Source: an uncultured delta proteobacterium (GTDB lineage Bacteria; Myxococcota_A; Polyangia; Polyangiales; Polyangiaceae). From it: a DNA stretch of 64,000 nucleotides. Every line of letters begins with the position of its first letter. Position 1 is the first letter of the stretch. The stretch covers positions 1,184,001 through 1,248,000 of the forward strand of contig CAWJCS010000005.1 in NCBI GenBank assembly GCA_963841435.1, given 5' to 3'. Below, piece by piece: positions 9,765 to 21,308 of the stretch. The position numbers were made by a program, and so were the translations under genes. The notes beneath the pieces are model-generated. The model did not search any database. It was given only the letters and a program-made list of their open reading frames with translations, and was not told the DNA's origin.

Positions 9765-11114
9765 TCAAACGGCGATGCCGTCGCGATCGAGGTCCTCGCG
9801 GCGTGCAAGGTCCGATCTCGTTCCAGGCGGGCTCTCGTACCAGCCCGGATCTTTGTCGTAGCCATCGAGCTCGTCCCGCACTTTCACGATCGTGAACATG
9901 CCGCCCATCGTGATGTAGTCGTGCGGCCCTTCGGCGTTGACCATGGCAATGCTGTTCTTCGGCGTTTTCATCTGCATCCCACCCATGTCACCCATCCCCG
10001 TTTCCCCCATGGTCATGTAGGCCGGCACCAGGGACCGCACGCGCCGATCGAAGGCCCCGGGCTTGACTCCGATCATGTTCGGGATGCCGTGCCCCATCTG
10101 GTTCATCACGTGGTGCGTCATGTGGCAGTGCATGGCCCAATCGCCCGGAGCATCCGCCACGAACTCGACATCGCGGGTGCTGCCCGTCGGGACGAGCACG
10201 GTCGTTTCGGGCCACTGCGCGGATGGAGGGATCGGACCGCCGTCGGTGGCCACGGTCTTGAAGTGGTAGCCGTGAAGGTGGATCGGATGATGGTCCATGG
10301 CGCTCAGGTTGCCGAGGCGAATGCGCACGCGATCGCCGGTCTTGCAGACGAGCGGGGTCGTGCCGGGAAACGCCTTGGCGTTCATGGTGAGGATGTTGAA
10401 GTCGGTCATCTCGTTCGGGTCGGGTCGCAGCGTGCCCGGCTTGATGCTCCACTCGCTGAGCATGATCACGAAGTCTCGTTCGACTCGATACGAGGCGGGC
10501 GGGCGGCGTGGATGCACGACGATCATGCCGATCAGGCCCATGGCCATCTGGGTCATCTCGTCGTGGTGCGAGTGGTACATGAAGGTGCCGTGCTGGCGGA
10601 ACGTCCACTCGTATTTGAACGTCTCACCCTGTTTGATGGCGCGCTGGGTCAAGCCGCCCACGCCGTCCATACCGTTCGGAAGGTAGACGCCGTGCCAGTG
10701 CACGGTCGTGGGGGCGGCGAGCTTGTTCGTGACGTAGACGCGCACGCGGTCACCCTCGACTGCTTCGATCGTGGGCCCGTGCACCCCGCCGTTGTAGCCC
10801 CAACATTTCGCGTGCAGCCCAGGGGCGAACTCGTGGTCCACCTCCTCGACCGTGAGGTGGTAGACCTTGACGCCGTCTACGACCTTGAACGGCAGCGTGG
10901 AGCCGCCGGGGGTCACGCTGGGCGTGTAGTCGCGTCCGGGCACACCGGGGGCGTCGTGAGGCTTGTCGACCGCACCACCGCTGTAGCTCGCCTCCCACGT
11001 GTGCGTGGTCGGCGCAGCCCGCGCCTCGCCACTGGCAAGTAGCGCGGCCCCTCCCGCCAGCGCTGCGCCCGTCAGAACCGCTTCTCGTCGCGTCACTCCT
11101 CGTTGCTCTGTCAT
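9765..11114 (-). CDS. Tat-exported multicopper oxidase
   Basis: TRREAVL twin-arginine signal; HWHG, YHSH, HPIHLHG, HCHMTHH Cu motifs; Met-rich tail. Confidence 0.95.
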   Translation of the reverse strand: MTEQRGVTRREAVLTGAALAGGAALLASGEARAAPTTHTWEASYSGGAVDKPHDAPGVPGRDYTPSVTPGGSTLPFKVVDGVKVYHLTVEEVDHEFAPGLHAKCWGYNGGVHGPTIEAVEGDRVRVYVTNKLAAPTTVHWHGVYLPNGMDGVGGLTQRAIKQGETFKYEWTFRQHGTFMYHSHHDEMTQMAMGLIGMIVVHPRRPPASYRVERDFVIMLSEWSIKPGTLRPDPNEMTDFNILTMNAKAFPGTTPLVCKTGDRVRIRLGNLSAMDHHPIHLHGYHFKTVATDGGPIPPSAQWPETTVLVPTGSTRDVEFVADAPGDWAMHCHMTHHVMNQMGHGIPNMIGVKPGAFDRRVRSLVPAYMTMGETGMGDMGGMQMKTPKNSIAMVNAEGPHDYITMGGMFTIVKVRDELDGYDKDPGWYESPPGTRSDLARREDLDRDGIAV

Positions 11115-11752
11115 TTCTTTCCCTGCTCGTTTTCAGACTGGTCGTGCCTGCAGTGCAGCCATTGCCTGTGATCGACGCCGGCGAAAAGTCCTTCACGCCG
11201 AGCAAGCACCATGCCACCGAGAACCGCCCAGCTCACTCGCGCCGCTGCTCGCAGCCACCGACGGTAACGCGCGATCCAACGGGCGAACCGCCTCGAATTC
11301 CATGCGGCCGTATGGGCCCGCTTCCAGCAAGCCGCGCACCGTATCCGATCAGGTTACTTGGCGTGTCCGGCGCGGCCACGAGGGCGGCGAGTCTGGATTC
11401 GTGCCGCAGACCAACGAATCCCCACAAGGGCGCACGTTTGCCCGTGCGCCAAACCTGGCGATGTCGCGTCGGCAAGCGATATCGGTGTCGCGGGTCGTAT
11501 CGGCGCCGGACGAAAGGCGGCGCTCCTGCGCCGTCAAGGCGGGCAGCTACCGGGAAGCGCTGAATCCAGGATACAATCCGCCGTCTGCCTCTGCCCGCGC
11601 AGCAACGCACACGCCATGTCCTCCAACGCCACTCGCCCCGCCATACCGGGGATCGCCGCGGTGGGCGCCCGTAGCCAGAGCGGCCCGGAGCTCGGTCGCG
11701 GGGAATCGTCACCGCGGATGGTTCGGCCCCGCGCGAGTGGGGGGGGGCCGAA

Positions 11753-13015
11753 GTGGCGGATTGGCTGAAACTGAGCGTCTACGCCCTCGTTGCCGCCGCG
11801 GCGCTCGCGCGCGCCCGGACGGCGCAAGCCCGCACGCGCAGGGTGCTCTACGCGCTCGTGCTGGGCGTGCTGGCGGTGGAGCTCCGGAGCTATGGGATTC
11901 AGATTGCGCGAGCGCTCGCGGCCCCCCCTGAATGGGACTTTCTCTGCTTCTGGCTCTGGGGGCGTCTGGCGGTCACGGGCGCGGACTTCTACGATCCAGC
12001 CGCCAGCGCGTGGTTCGCGGCGGGTCGAAGCGCCGACTTCGTGCACGAGATCATCGGCGTCGGCTTCTGGTACCCGCCTTGGAGCATGCTTCTGTTCGCG
12101 CCGCTCGGGCTTGCGTCGCCCGAACGTGCCCTCGCCGTCTGGTACCTCGTGCAGGCGTCGTGCCTCCTCGCTGCGAGCTGGCTCGCCTGGCGGCTGCTCG
12201 CGCCCCGCACCGGTAGGCTGGGCCTCCTCGCCACCGCCGCGCTGATCCTGGCGCTCCCGGCGACCCGGCAGACGTTCCAATACGCCCAGACGCACTCGCT
12301 CAATCTGCTTCTCGTTCTGCTCGCGTACAAAGAACGCGACCACCCGCGGGCTGGACTCTTTGCTGCGCTCGCCACGATGGTGAAGCCCTATCTCGTCGTC
12401 ACGTTCGGATTGCCGCTCCTACGCAGGAATTGGCGGGCCCTCGGTGTCGGCGCCGTCACGGTCGGGCTCGTGCTCGTCCTCACCGGTCTGTGCTTTGGTT
12501 GGGATCGTTTCCACACGTTCCTCGTCAGGAATCCCGCAGAGCGCTTTCCCGTCGGCGTGTTCAGCGAAGGTGTGAACCAATCGTTCTTCGCCGTCGCGCT
12601 CCGCCTCACCGGCATGGAGGAGCAAGCGCGGGAGCCGATGCTGCGTGCGATCCTGGAAGGGCTTGCGCTGATGGCGTCGGCCCCGGCCCTCTGGGCAGCA
12701 TGGATCACGCGACGCTCGGCCCCCCTGCTTTGCGGGTTTGCTCTTTTGTCGGCCGCCCTGCTCGCGTACCCCTTCACGCTCTCGCACTACGGCATGATGG
12801 TGGCGCCCGTCCTCGTGCTCCTTGCGGTTGGCAGCTCCACGACCACGGCGCGCCAGGCCCTCGGTGCGGCGCTGATCGTCGCGGTCGTCTTCCTCTCCGG
12901 CGCCAGGGGCGCCGGCCAGGCCTTCTGGGCGTTGGTGCTGGTGATCGGGTGGATCGTTTTCGAGGCGGTTCGCGTCTCGAGGCAAAGCGCGACGGGTGAA
13001 GTGAGCGAGACGTAG
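11753..13015 (+). CDS. GT87/DUF2029-like membrane glycosyltransferase (GT-C)
   Basis: Multi-TM; DF..W, FWYPP, Q.H, VKPY, NQS motifs. Confidence 0.75.
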   Translation: MADWLKLSVYALVAAAALARARTAQARTRRVLYALVLGVLAVELRSYGIQIARALAAPPEWDFLCFWLWGRLAVTGADFYDPAASAWFAAGRSADFVHEIIGVGFWYPPWSMLLFAPLGLASPERALAVWYLVQASCLLAASWLAWRLLAPRTGRLGLLATAALILALPATRQTFQYAQTHSLNLLLVLLAYKERDHPRAGLFAALATMVKPYLVVTFGLPLLRRNWRALGVGAVTVGLVLVLTGLCFGWDRFHTFLVRNPAERFPVGVFSEGVNQSFFAVALRLTGMEEQAREPMLRAILEGLALMASAPALWAAWITRRSAPLLCGFALLSAALLAYPFTLSHYGMMVAPVLVLLAVGSSTTTARQALGAALIVAVVFLSGARGAGQAFWALVLVIGWIVFEAVRVSRQSATGEVSET

Positions 13016-13214
13016 GCAGCGGCGCATCCTCCACGAGCAGTTCGTGCAACGCTTTCGTGCCGGTCCGCTCGTCGCGGGAACGCTGATGTTCTGGGGCTTC
13101 TTCGCCGGTCGTCCACGCTTCCGACGAGTGAAGGTCGGGAAAACGTTTGACGGAAAATGAGCCGCCAAACCACTGCGATCTTGTCGTGGTGCCCCACGAC
13201 GCCCGGCCCCGCCA

Positions 13215-16004
13215 ATGACCAGCACCCGACGATCGAGCCACGCGTTAACTTTTTGCCTAGTCGTGACGGCCACTTGCGCGGCCTCGTGCGGGGACGAGTC
13301 CTCCGGAGCCCGGGGAGCCGGCGGCGGCGCGGGAGCGCCGGGCTCGGGAGGAACGGGCCAGGGTGGCAGCGGCGGAGCGACCGGTGCCGGAGGCGCGACA
13401 GGAGGGTCGGCCGGCACGGGTGGAACTGCTGGGCTATCGGGCGGTAGCGGCGACGGGCCGAGCGGTGGGACGGCGGGCGGCGCGGGAACGGATTCGGCGG
13501 GCACGAGCGGCACGACCGACACCGGGGGTACCGGCGACGGCGGAACGAGTGGCAGCGACGGAGCACCCGGCGGCGCGGGAGGCGGCGCCGGCACGGCGGG
13601 GGGCGGCGCGGGCACGGCCGGCATGGGCGGTGCTGCGGGCGGGACCGGCGCGCCGGGAAGGTCGATCCACAACGGGCGGCGCGGCGAAGGCTTCAACGAC
13701 GGCTGGAAGTTCAACCGCGGCGACGTATCGAACGCAGAGGCCTCGAGTTTCGACGACTCGGGCTGGAAGAGCCTCACGCTGCCGCACGACTGGAGCATCG
13801 AGCTCGCGTTCAACTCGAGCTCGCCCGGCGGGTCGAATGCCGGCTACCTCGACGGCGGCGTGGGTTGGTACCGAAAGAGCTTCACGGTCGATCAGGCAGC
13901 GAACGGCAAGCGCATCCTGATCGATTTCGACGGCGTCTACATGAACAGCGAGGTCTGGATCAACGGCACCTCGCTCGGCACGCGGCCCTACGGGTACTCG
14001 AGCTTCGAGTACGACCTCACGCCTTACGTCACGTTCGGCGGCAACAACGTCATCGCCGTGCGCGCAAACAACAACCAGCCCAACAGCCGCTTTTACTCGG
14101 GCAGCGGCATCTACCGCAACGTCTGGCTCGTCACGCTCGACCCGGTTCACGTCCCGTACAACGGCGTGTTCGTGACGACGCCGTCGATCTCGAGCGCGTC
14201 GGCGACGGTGTCGGTGGCCACCGAGGTCCAGAACCAGGGCTCGGGTGCCGCGTCCGTGACCACAACCTCGACCGTACTCGGACCCTCCGGCGCGGTGGTG
14301 ACGTCGGCGGACAGCGGCGCCACCAACGTCGCGGCGAACGCTACGTCCACCGTCAGCAAGATGCTGACGGTGCCGTCACCCGAGCTCTGGTCGCTCGGCG
14401 CGCCCAACCGCTACCAGGTGAAGGTCGAGGTCAAGGTCGGCGGCGCGGTGGTCAACACGTACCTTGCGCCGCTCGGGTTCCGAACGGCGGCGTTCGACGC
14501 CAACACCGGCTTCTCGCTCAACGGGCAGAACACGAAGATCCACGGGGTCAACATGCACCACGACCTCGGGGCGCTCGGCGCCGCGATCAACTACCGGGCC
14601 ATCGAGCGCCAGGTGGAGATCCTCAAGGGCATGGGCGTGAACGCCATCCGCACGTCCCACAACCCGCCCGCGCCCGAGTTGCTCGACATCACCGACCGGC
14701 TCGGCGTCCTCATCCTCGACGAAGCGTTCGACACCTGGACGCAGACCAAGACCACGAACGACTACGGCAAAGACTTCTCGACCTGGGCGCAACGGGACAT
14801 CCAGAACATGGTCAAGCGGGACCGCAACCATCCCAGCATCATCCTGTGGAGCATCGGCAACGAGGTCGGCGGGTCAACGACCTCGACGGCGACGAGCCTC
14901 ATCAACTGGGTCAAGGCGCTGGACACGACGCGCGCGATCACCTGGGCGTCCAACAAGATGGGCGGCCCGCACGTGAGCGAGGGCGACGACCGCAACGTCG
15001 CCAACCTGCTGGACGTCGTCGGCTACAACTACGCCCCTTACGCCGGCGACTACGACGCAGACCACTCTGCCCACCCCACCTGGAAGCTCCTCGGCACCGA
15101 GATCGCGGCCGCCGTGCGCAGCCGCGGCATCTACCACACGCCGGCGGGCACCATCACCAAGGCGACCTCGCAGTCGAGCCCGGACCGGCAGTGCTCGTCG
15201 TACGACAACGAGGCCGCGGGCTTCGGCGACAGCGCGCAAAACTCCTACAACTACGAAAATTCGCGGGCGTTCGTCGCCGGCTCGTTCATCTGGGCGGGGT
15301 TCGACTACATCGGCGAGCCGACGCCCTATTCGTCGTGGCCGTCGAAGAGCTCGTACTACGGCGCCATCGACACGGCCGGCTTCCCGAAGGACGTGTACTA
15401 CTTCTACAAGAGCCGCTGGACGAGCGCGCCCATGGTTCACCTGCTGCCGCACTGGAACTGGACGTCGGGCACGATGGTGACGGTGTACGCTTACAACAAC
15501 TGCGACAGCGTCGAGCTGTTCCTGAACGACGCGTCGCAGGGGTCCAAGAGCATGAGCGGGGGTGCGCTACGCGCGGAGTGGACCGTGGCGTGGGCCTCGG
15601 GGACCCTGCACGCGGACTGCAAGGTCGGCGGCAGCGTGGTCGCGAGCGACGAGAAGCGCACGGCTGGGAACGCGTCGAAAGTCGCGCTATCTGCCGACAG
15701 GACCACCATCGACGCCGAAGGCCTGGACCTTTCGTTCATCACGGCCGACATCCAGGACACGAACGGCGTCATGGTTCCCGACGCCGCAAGCTCGGTCAGC
15801 TTCAGCGTCTCGGGTCCCGGCGAGCTCGTGGGCGTCAACAACGGCAACCCCACCGACACGACGTCTTACAAGAGCGCGAGCCGCAAGGCGTTCAGCGGCA
15901 AGGTGCTCGCCATCGTGCGCTCCACGGGCGCACCGGGGACCATCACCGTCAACGCCACCTCGTCGGGGCTCACGGCCGGCGCGGCGATGGTAACGGCCGA
16001 GTAG
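13215..16004 (+). CDS. GH2 beta-galactosidase-like lipoprotein
   Basis: LPHDW, FDGVY, HHDLGALG, IRTSHNP, NHPSIILWSIGNE, WAGFDYIGEP; lipobox and about 130-aa Gly linker. Confidence 0.95.
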   Translation: MTSTRRSSHALTFCLVVTATCAASCGDESSGARGAGGGAGAPGSGGTGQGGSGGATGAGGATGGSAGTGGTAGLSGGSGDGPSGGTAGGAGTDSAGTSGTTDTGGTGDGGTSGSDGAPGGAGGGAGTAGGGAGTAGMGGAAGGTGAPGRSIHNGRRGEGFNDGWKFNRGDVSNAEASSFDDSGWKSLTLPHDWSIELAFNSSSPGGSNAGYLDGGVGWYRKSFTVDQAANGKRILIDFDGVYMNSEVWINGTSLGTRPYGYSSFEYDLTPYVTFGGNNVIAVRANNNQPNSRFYSGSGIYRNVWLVTLDPVHVPYNGVFVTTPSISSASATVSVATEVQNQGSGAASVTTTSTVLGPSGAVVTSADSGATNVAANATSTVSKMLTVPSPELWSLGAPNRYQVKVEVKVGGAVVNTYLAPLGFRTAAFDANTGFSLNGQNTKIHGVNMHHDLGALGAAINYRAIERQVEILKGMGVNAIRTSHNPPAPELLDITDRLGVLILDEAFDTWTQTKTTNDYGKDFSTWAQRDIQNMVKRDRNHPSIILWSIGNEVGGSTTSTATSLINWVKALDTTRAITWASNKMGGPHVSEGDDRNVANLLDVVGYNYAPYAGDYDADHSAHPTWKLLGTEIAAAVRSRGIYHTPAGTITKATSQSSPDRQCSSYDNEAAGFGDSAQNSYNYENSRAFVAGSFIWAGFDYIGEPTPYSSWPSKSSYYGAIDTAGFPKDVYYFYKSRWTSAPMVHLLPHWNWTSGTMVTVYAYNNCDSVELFLNDASQGSKSMSGGALRAEWTVAWASGTLHADCKVGGSVVASDEKRTAGNASKVALSADRTTIDAEGLDLSFITADIQDTNGVMVPDAASSVSFSVSGPGELVGVNNGNPTDTTSYKSASRKAFSGKVLAIVRSTGAPGTITVNATSSGLTAGAAMVTAE

Positions 16005-16058
16005 GGGTGTGCGGCCCCGGCTTGCTCTCAATGGTGACGTCCTGCATCCTTCCAATCC

Positions 16059-16583
16059 ATGCAAGGCAATGCCCGCGCGGCACTTGCGCTGTTGGCGCTC
16101 CTCTCCGCGCACTGCGGGAAATCGTCCAGCGACGATCCCCCGAGCGCGACCCACGGTGGCAGAGGGGGCATGGCCGGATCAGCCGAGCCGAGCGCCGGCA
16201 CGGGCGCGGCGGGCGCAAGCCTCGGCGGTGCAGCGGGCGCAAGCCTCGGCGGCACGGCGGGCGTAAGCCTCGGCGGCACAGCGGGCGCAAGCCTCGGCGG
16301 TGCGGCGGGTGCAAGCCTCGGCGGCACAGCGGGCGCAAGCCTCGGCGGTGCGGCGGGCAGCGTCGGGGGCAGAACGGGCGGAGACGCAGGGGAGGGCGGC
16401 GCCGGAGGCGCAGTCGATGACGCTTGTCCCGACACGCGCCCTCAGAGCTCGACCACCTGCGCCGTGAGCGCGGACGCAGTGTGCACCTACGGTCGGGACG
16501 TGTGCCGCTGCTTCACGCCGGATTTCATGAATCAGCCTCCGCTCTGGAACTGCACGACCACGGGGGCCGGCGGCTCCAACTGA
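16059..16583 (+). CDS. Small Cys-containing lipoprotein with octapeptide repeats
   Basis: LSAHC lipobox-like signal, AGASLGG(A/T) repeats, 6-Cys C-terminal domain. Confidence 0.65.
   Translation: MQGNARAALALLALLSAHCGKSSSDDPPSATHGGRGGMAGSAEPSAGTGAAGASLGGAAGASLGGTAGVSLGGTAGASLGGAAGASLGGTAGASLGGAAGSVGGRTGGDAGEGGAGGAVDDACPDTRPQSSTTCAVSADAVCTYGRDVCRCFTPDFMNQPPLWNCTTTGAGGSN
16209..16352 (+). repeat. Six 24-bp in-frame tandem repeats
   Basis: Unit gcgggcgcaagcctcggcgg(tgca/cacg) encoding AGASLGG(A/T). Confidence 0.9.
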
Positions 16584-16654
16584 GCGCGATCTCGCTCGCC
16601 CGGGCGCGAGCGAAGCACGGGGCCAATGAGGCCCACGGCGTTCGGAGGTGAGAA

Positions 16655-16689
16655 CAGGGGGCGCGTCCCCGTGGGACCGGCGCCCCCTG
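16655..16689. terminator. GC-rich hairpin between convergent genes
   Basis: CAGGGGGCGC...GCGCCCCCTG arms with inner GTCCC/GGGAC; no U-tract. Confidence 0.5.
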
Positions 16690-16702
16690 CCAGGGACCTA
16701 CC

Positions 16703-16900
16703 TCAGCGCAATCGAACCGACTCGGCGCGCGGCCCTTTCGGGCCTTCGCCGGCGGTGTACGTGACGGCGAGCCCCTCGCGGAGCTCCGCGAACGTCACGC
16801 CTTCCAGCGCCGAATTGTGGAAAAACAGATCCTTGCCGGACGAGGTCGAAATGAAGCCAAAACCCTTGTCCGTCAAACGCTTGATCGTACCATCTGCCAT
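16703..16900 (-). CDS. Cold-shock domain protein
   Basis: 65 aa; KGFGFI (RNP1), DLFFHNS (RNP2), KGPRA. Confidence 0.95.
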   Translation of the reverse strand: MADGTIKRLTDKGFGFISTSSGKDLFFHNSALEGVTFAELREGLAVTYTAGEGPKGPRAESVRLR

Positions 16901-17098
16901 TGTCGTTCGCTCCTTCAGACGTTCGAAGCGACTCGCTGCAATCGACGTAGGCCGACCGAAGACGGGAAACTCCCAAAGCCGGCGTGCAGTGTACTCTGGC
17001 ATGCCCCTTCTGTAAAGGTACACGCTTTCAGCGCTCGCGGATCGGCCTTCCCGGTGGGCCGGCCGCCTCAGGATGGGTAACGCCGGTGCAGGGGCCGC

Positions 17099-17944
17099 TC
17101 ACAAGGGGGGGACGCCGTCGGCGCACGCTGGCGCGCCGTTCGACGAGCCGGCTTGGCCCATTTCTCCGGCTTGGCCGCCCTCGCCGCCGGCATCGGAGCA
17201 AAAGGTGCATAGCGTTTCGCACGATTGGTACGCGGGGTTGCCAGCCTGGAAAGTGGTGAGGCGGGATGGGTCGCCGCAGGGGTTGTCGATGCGCCCGATG
17301 ACTTGGCCTCCGATGAGCGCGCCGCTCTCGGCGTCGAAGGTCATCCGGTAGGTGTTCGGGGGCGACTCCGCGAGTCGGATGACGATCTGACCGTCGCAAC
17401 GCAGGTACGAGACGGCGGCGCCGGGCGGACAGGACACGAGGAGCGATGCGACGAGCTCATCGAGCGTCGGGGCGCAGCCGCCGCTCGGGACCACCGAGCA
17501 GATCGATGCGACGGTGCCGAAGCAATAGGCCACGTCGGGATAGGCGCAGTTGCAGGAAATGTCTCCGCTGTCGCCGGAGCCGGCCTCGCCAGAATTGCCC
17601 GCTGCGCTCGCGCCGGCGACGCCGCCGATGCCACCGCTGCCGGGCTCGCCGGCGACGCCGCCCGTCGGTGCGCCAGCGCTGCCGGCGCCGCCCGCCGCGG
17701 GCCCCATGCCACCGGCAACGTCCGCTCCGCCCGAGCCGCCGGTGCCCACTCCGCCCCCTGCGCTCGTGGGCGCCGAGCCGCCATCGTCCGCCCCGCCGTG
17801 GGTGCTGCCAGCGCTCGCACCGGCGCCGCCCACGCCCGTCGCCGCGCCGCCCCTGCCGTCGAGGTGCTGCTCCGAATGGCCCCCGCAGCCGGAAGCTACG
17901 ACGACCCCTAGCACTACTGTCAGAGTCTTGGAGGAACAGATCAC
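17099..17944 (-). CDS. Hypothetical Cys-rich lipoprotein with Gly linker
   Basis: VVASGC lipobox, GA-rich linker, Cys-rich C-terminus; start uncertain. Confidence 0.6.
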   Translation of the reverse strand: MICSSKTLTVVLGVVVASGCGGHSEQHLDGRGGAATGVGGAGASAGSTHGGADDGGSAPTSAGGGVGTGGSGGADVAGGMGPAAGGAGSAGAPTGGVAGEPGSGGIGGVAGASAAGNSGEAGSGDSGDISCNCAYPDVAYCFGTVASICSVVPSGGCAPTLDELVASLLVSCPPGAAVSYLRCDGQIVIRLAESPPNTYRMTFDAESGALIGGQVIGRIDNPCGDPSRLTTFQAGNPAYQSCETLCTFCSDAGGEGGQAGEMGQAGSSNGAPACADGVPPL

Positions 17945-18140
17945 GATCCGGCAGAGAGAACATGAGCCACGAAAGCAACTGGCGCGGCCAGCGGGCGGCC
18001 GTCTTCGAGCACGAAATGGACGCAAGACGTGGGCGCCGCCGTCCGAAAAGTTCGCCGCTCGCCAATCTGCGAATTTCTCGAAGGAAACGCGAATCTCTGA
18101 CAGTAGTGCTAGAGCGGCGCGCGCCAGCCATTTCATCGGG

Positions 18141-19061
<921 letters not shown>

Positions 19062-19175
19062 GCTGGTTCTCCTTCCGGGTCGGGCGCGGCCTCGCGGCGC
19101 CGCAGGGCCCGAGCTTCGCACGTCGCGCCCGGCACCGGCCCGCGGCACCCGGTCCACCGGGCGGAAAGGCTGCGC

Positions 19176-19775
19176 TCAGGCGAGCGGGCGGCGCGCGACG
19201 ACCTGAACCACCGCGCTCTTGCCGGCGTGATAGGCGCCTTCGCGCACCTCGCGAAGCTTCTCCTCGCCGACCAAGAGCTCGAGACCCGAGAGCTCCTCAC
19301 GGAGGGCCGGAAGGGTCATCAGCATGTCGAGGGTGGGTGGGCCGCCCGTTTTGAGCTCGAGCTGCTTCGGCGTGTACGCCTCGAGCAGCAGGGCTCCGCC
19401 GGGCCTGAGCGCCGCGACGACCGAACGGTGCACCCGGGCGCGCAGCGCCGACGGCAGGTGACACCAGATCGAGACGATGCCGTCCCAGCGCTCGACACCG
19501 AGATCGAAATCCGCAAGGTCTGCCACCACGGTGTGGATGTGAAGCCCGCGTTCGGAGGCGAGCGCCTGCGCCTTCGTAAGTCCCACCGAAGAGCCATCCA
19601 CGCCGGTGACGTGAAAGCCGAGCCCGGCGAGAAACACGGCGTTTCGCCCTTCGCCCTCGGCAAGGCAGAGCACCTCGCCATTCGGAGGCAGGTAGCGTGC
19701 GGCGGTCGCCACGAGAAAGTCGTTCGGCTCGGTACCGTACGAAAAGCCCGGCTGGGAATAGCGCTCGTCCCACAT
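19176..19775 (-). CDS. Class I SAM-dependent methyltransferase (TehB-like)
   Basis: MWDERY, YGTEPN, LCLAEGEGRNAVFLA, TGGP. Confidence 0.9.
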   Translation of the reverse strand: MWDERYSQPGFSYGTEPNDFLVATAARYLPPNGEVLCLAEGEGRNAVFLAGLGFHVTGVDGSSVGLTKAQALASERGLHIHTVVADLADFDLGVERWDGIVSIWCHLPSALRARVHRSVVAALRPGGALLLEAYTPKQLELKTGGPPTLDMLMTLPALREELSGLELLVGEEKLREVREGAYHAGKSAVVQVVARRPLA

Positions 19776-19807
19776 CGATGACCGACGGACCGACAGCGTA
19801 GCACGCG

Positions 19808-19965
19808 TCAGGCAAGCGCGCGGATGACGGTGGCGCGGAACGGCGCGGCCATCAGGTCCATCAGCGTCGCGAAGACGCCCGCGTCCGCGGCGGCCTTCAG
19901 GTGCGCATTCCGAGTCTCGGCCGACTCCCAGTCGGCGATCTCAACGAGCGGGTCGGGGTGCTCGA
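19808..19965 (-). pseudogene. 3' remnant of a small ABM/Dabb-like gene
   Basis: Reads LEHPDPLVEIADWESAETRNAHLKAAADAGVFATLMDLMAAPFRATVIRALA-stop with genome-like codon usage; no start; overlaps the GT1 stop. Confidence 0.45.
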
Positions 19966-21308
19966 GCGCTCGACGACGCGTCGAGCAGGGCCTCCGCCGC
20001 GTCGAGGCCGTTCTCTTGCGCGAGGAGCTCGCCGAGGCGCATCGCCTCGACCTTCCAGCGGTTCCCCGGCTCGAGCATGGCGGGTAGAATTTCGGCGCCG
20101 ACGCGCTCGAGCGGCTCCGCCCCCGACATGCCGGGACAGGTGATGGCCTCGACGCAAACGCCCACGCCGAGCCGCGCTACCACCTGGGCCACCGCCGGCT
20201 GATCACCGAAGCCGGGGCTCACGAGCAAGGGGACCCCGGAAAGCAGCGCTTCGTGGAAGGTGTTTCCACCGCCATGGGTGAGCATCACGTTAACCAGGCC
20301 GTGGGCGAACAGCAACGGCTGCGGCACGAACGGCATCGCCACCACGCGCTCACGCGCCGCGGGGCCGAGCGTGGCCTCATCGACGCCGAGCTCGGCAGGC
20401 GAGGAGTCACAGGTGGATGCGACGACGACGGCCCCGGAGCGCAGGGCCGACGCGGCGAGCGTCGTGTAGAGGCGCTTGAGGAACGCGACGTGCGTAGCAC
20501 CCATCCGCGCGAACATGCGCGTGACGACGGTTCCGAGCGACAGCAGCACCACCCGCTTGCCGAGCTCACGCTCGCCGCGCAGTCGCTCCAAAAGCGCCCG
20601 ATGCTCGGCTGGAGCCGCCGGCAGATCCTGAACGCTTGGCAGCGACTCGCGAGCCACCCCGAGCAGCCGGAACCAAGCAGGCAGGCCGGGACACAGGTGG
20701 GGCGACGAGAAGGCTGCGAGCTTCAGGGCTTCGTCGCTCGGGATCACGAACGCGCGAGGTTCCCCCTCGAAGCCGCGACACCCGGACGCTCGCAGCGCGG
20801 CGAGCTCGCCCTGGTAGATCGGGTCGTCTCCGAACGCGGCCGGCAGCGTGTGCAGCGCCCCCGGAAAACCACTCACGATACAGGTCCGATTCTCGACGCC
20901 GAGCCGTCGCAACGCGACGTAGAACCAGAGGGCGAAGAAGTCGTAGACCCCGAGGGCGATGCGCCGTCCTTCGAGCGCGCGTGTGATCGCCATGGTGGCG
21001 CCCTCACCCACGTCATTCGCCCGCGCGACGATGCGGCGGAACACCCGAGGCCCTCCGGAGAAGTCCGGGTCGCGGTCGCGTAGAAATGGCGCGACGGCGT
21101 CGAGGTCCAAAAACGTCACGCCGAGCTCCGAGAGGGGAGCCTTCCACGCCGCTGCCGGCTCGTTGCCGTCGCCACTGATCGCCCAGATCACCGGCCGCCC
21201 CCGCTCGACGAGCCGCTTGGCGAGCGGCATGAGCGGGCGGATGTGCCCGGCGCTCACCGGCGAGCCGAAGAGGACCACCCCGCTCGCGTCATTGTCCTGG
21301 TCAGACAT
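19941..21308 (-). CDS. GT1 family UDP-glycosyltransferase
   Basis: GHIRP N-terminal His; FVPQ...THGGGNTFHEAL..GVP....GFGDQ donor-binding box. Confidence 0.85.
   Translation of the reverse strand: MSDQDNDASGVVLFGSPVSAGHIRPLMPLAKRLVERGRPVIWAISGDGNEPAAAWKAPLSELGVTFLDLDAVAPFLRDRDPDFSGGPRVFRRIVARANDVGEGATMAITRALEGRRIALGVYDFFALWFYVALRRLGVENRTCIVSGFPGALHTLPAAFGDDPIYQGELAALRASGCRGFEGEPRAFVIPSDEALKLAAFSSPHLCPGLPAWFRLLGVARESLPSVQDLPAAPAEHRALLERLRGERELGKRVVLLSLGTVVTRMFARMGATHVAFLKRLYTTLAASALRSGAVVVASTCDSSPAELGVDEATLGPAARERVVAMPFVPQPLLFAHGLVNVMLTHGGGNTFHEALLSGVPLLVSPGFGDQPAVAQVVARLGVGVCVEAITCPGMSGAEPLERVGAEILPAMLEPGNRWKVEAMRLGELLAQENGLDAAEALLDASSSARAPRPAR

Noticed and set aside
11115-11752. ORFs or ncRNA in the 640-bp divergent gap
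   Set aside because: Overlapping ORFs have no motifs, and no recognisable RNA structure was found by eye.
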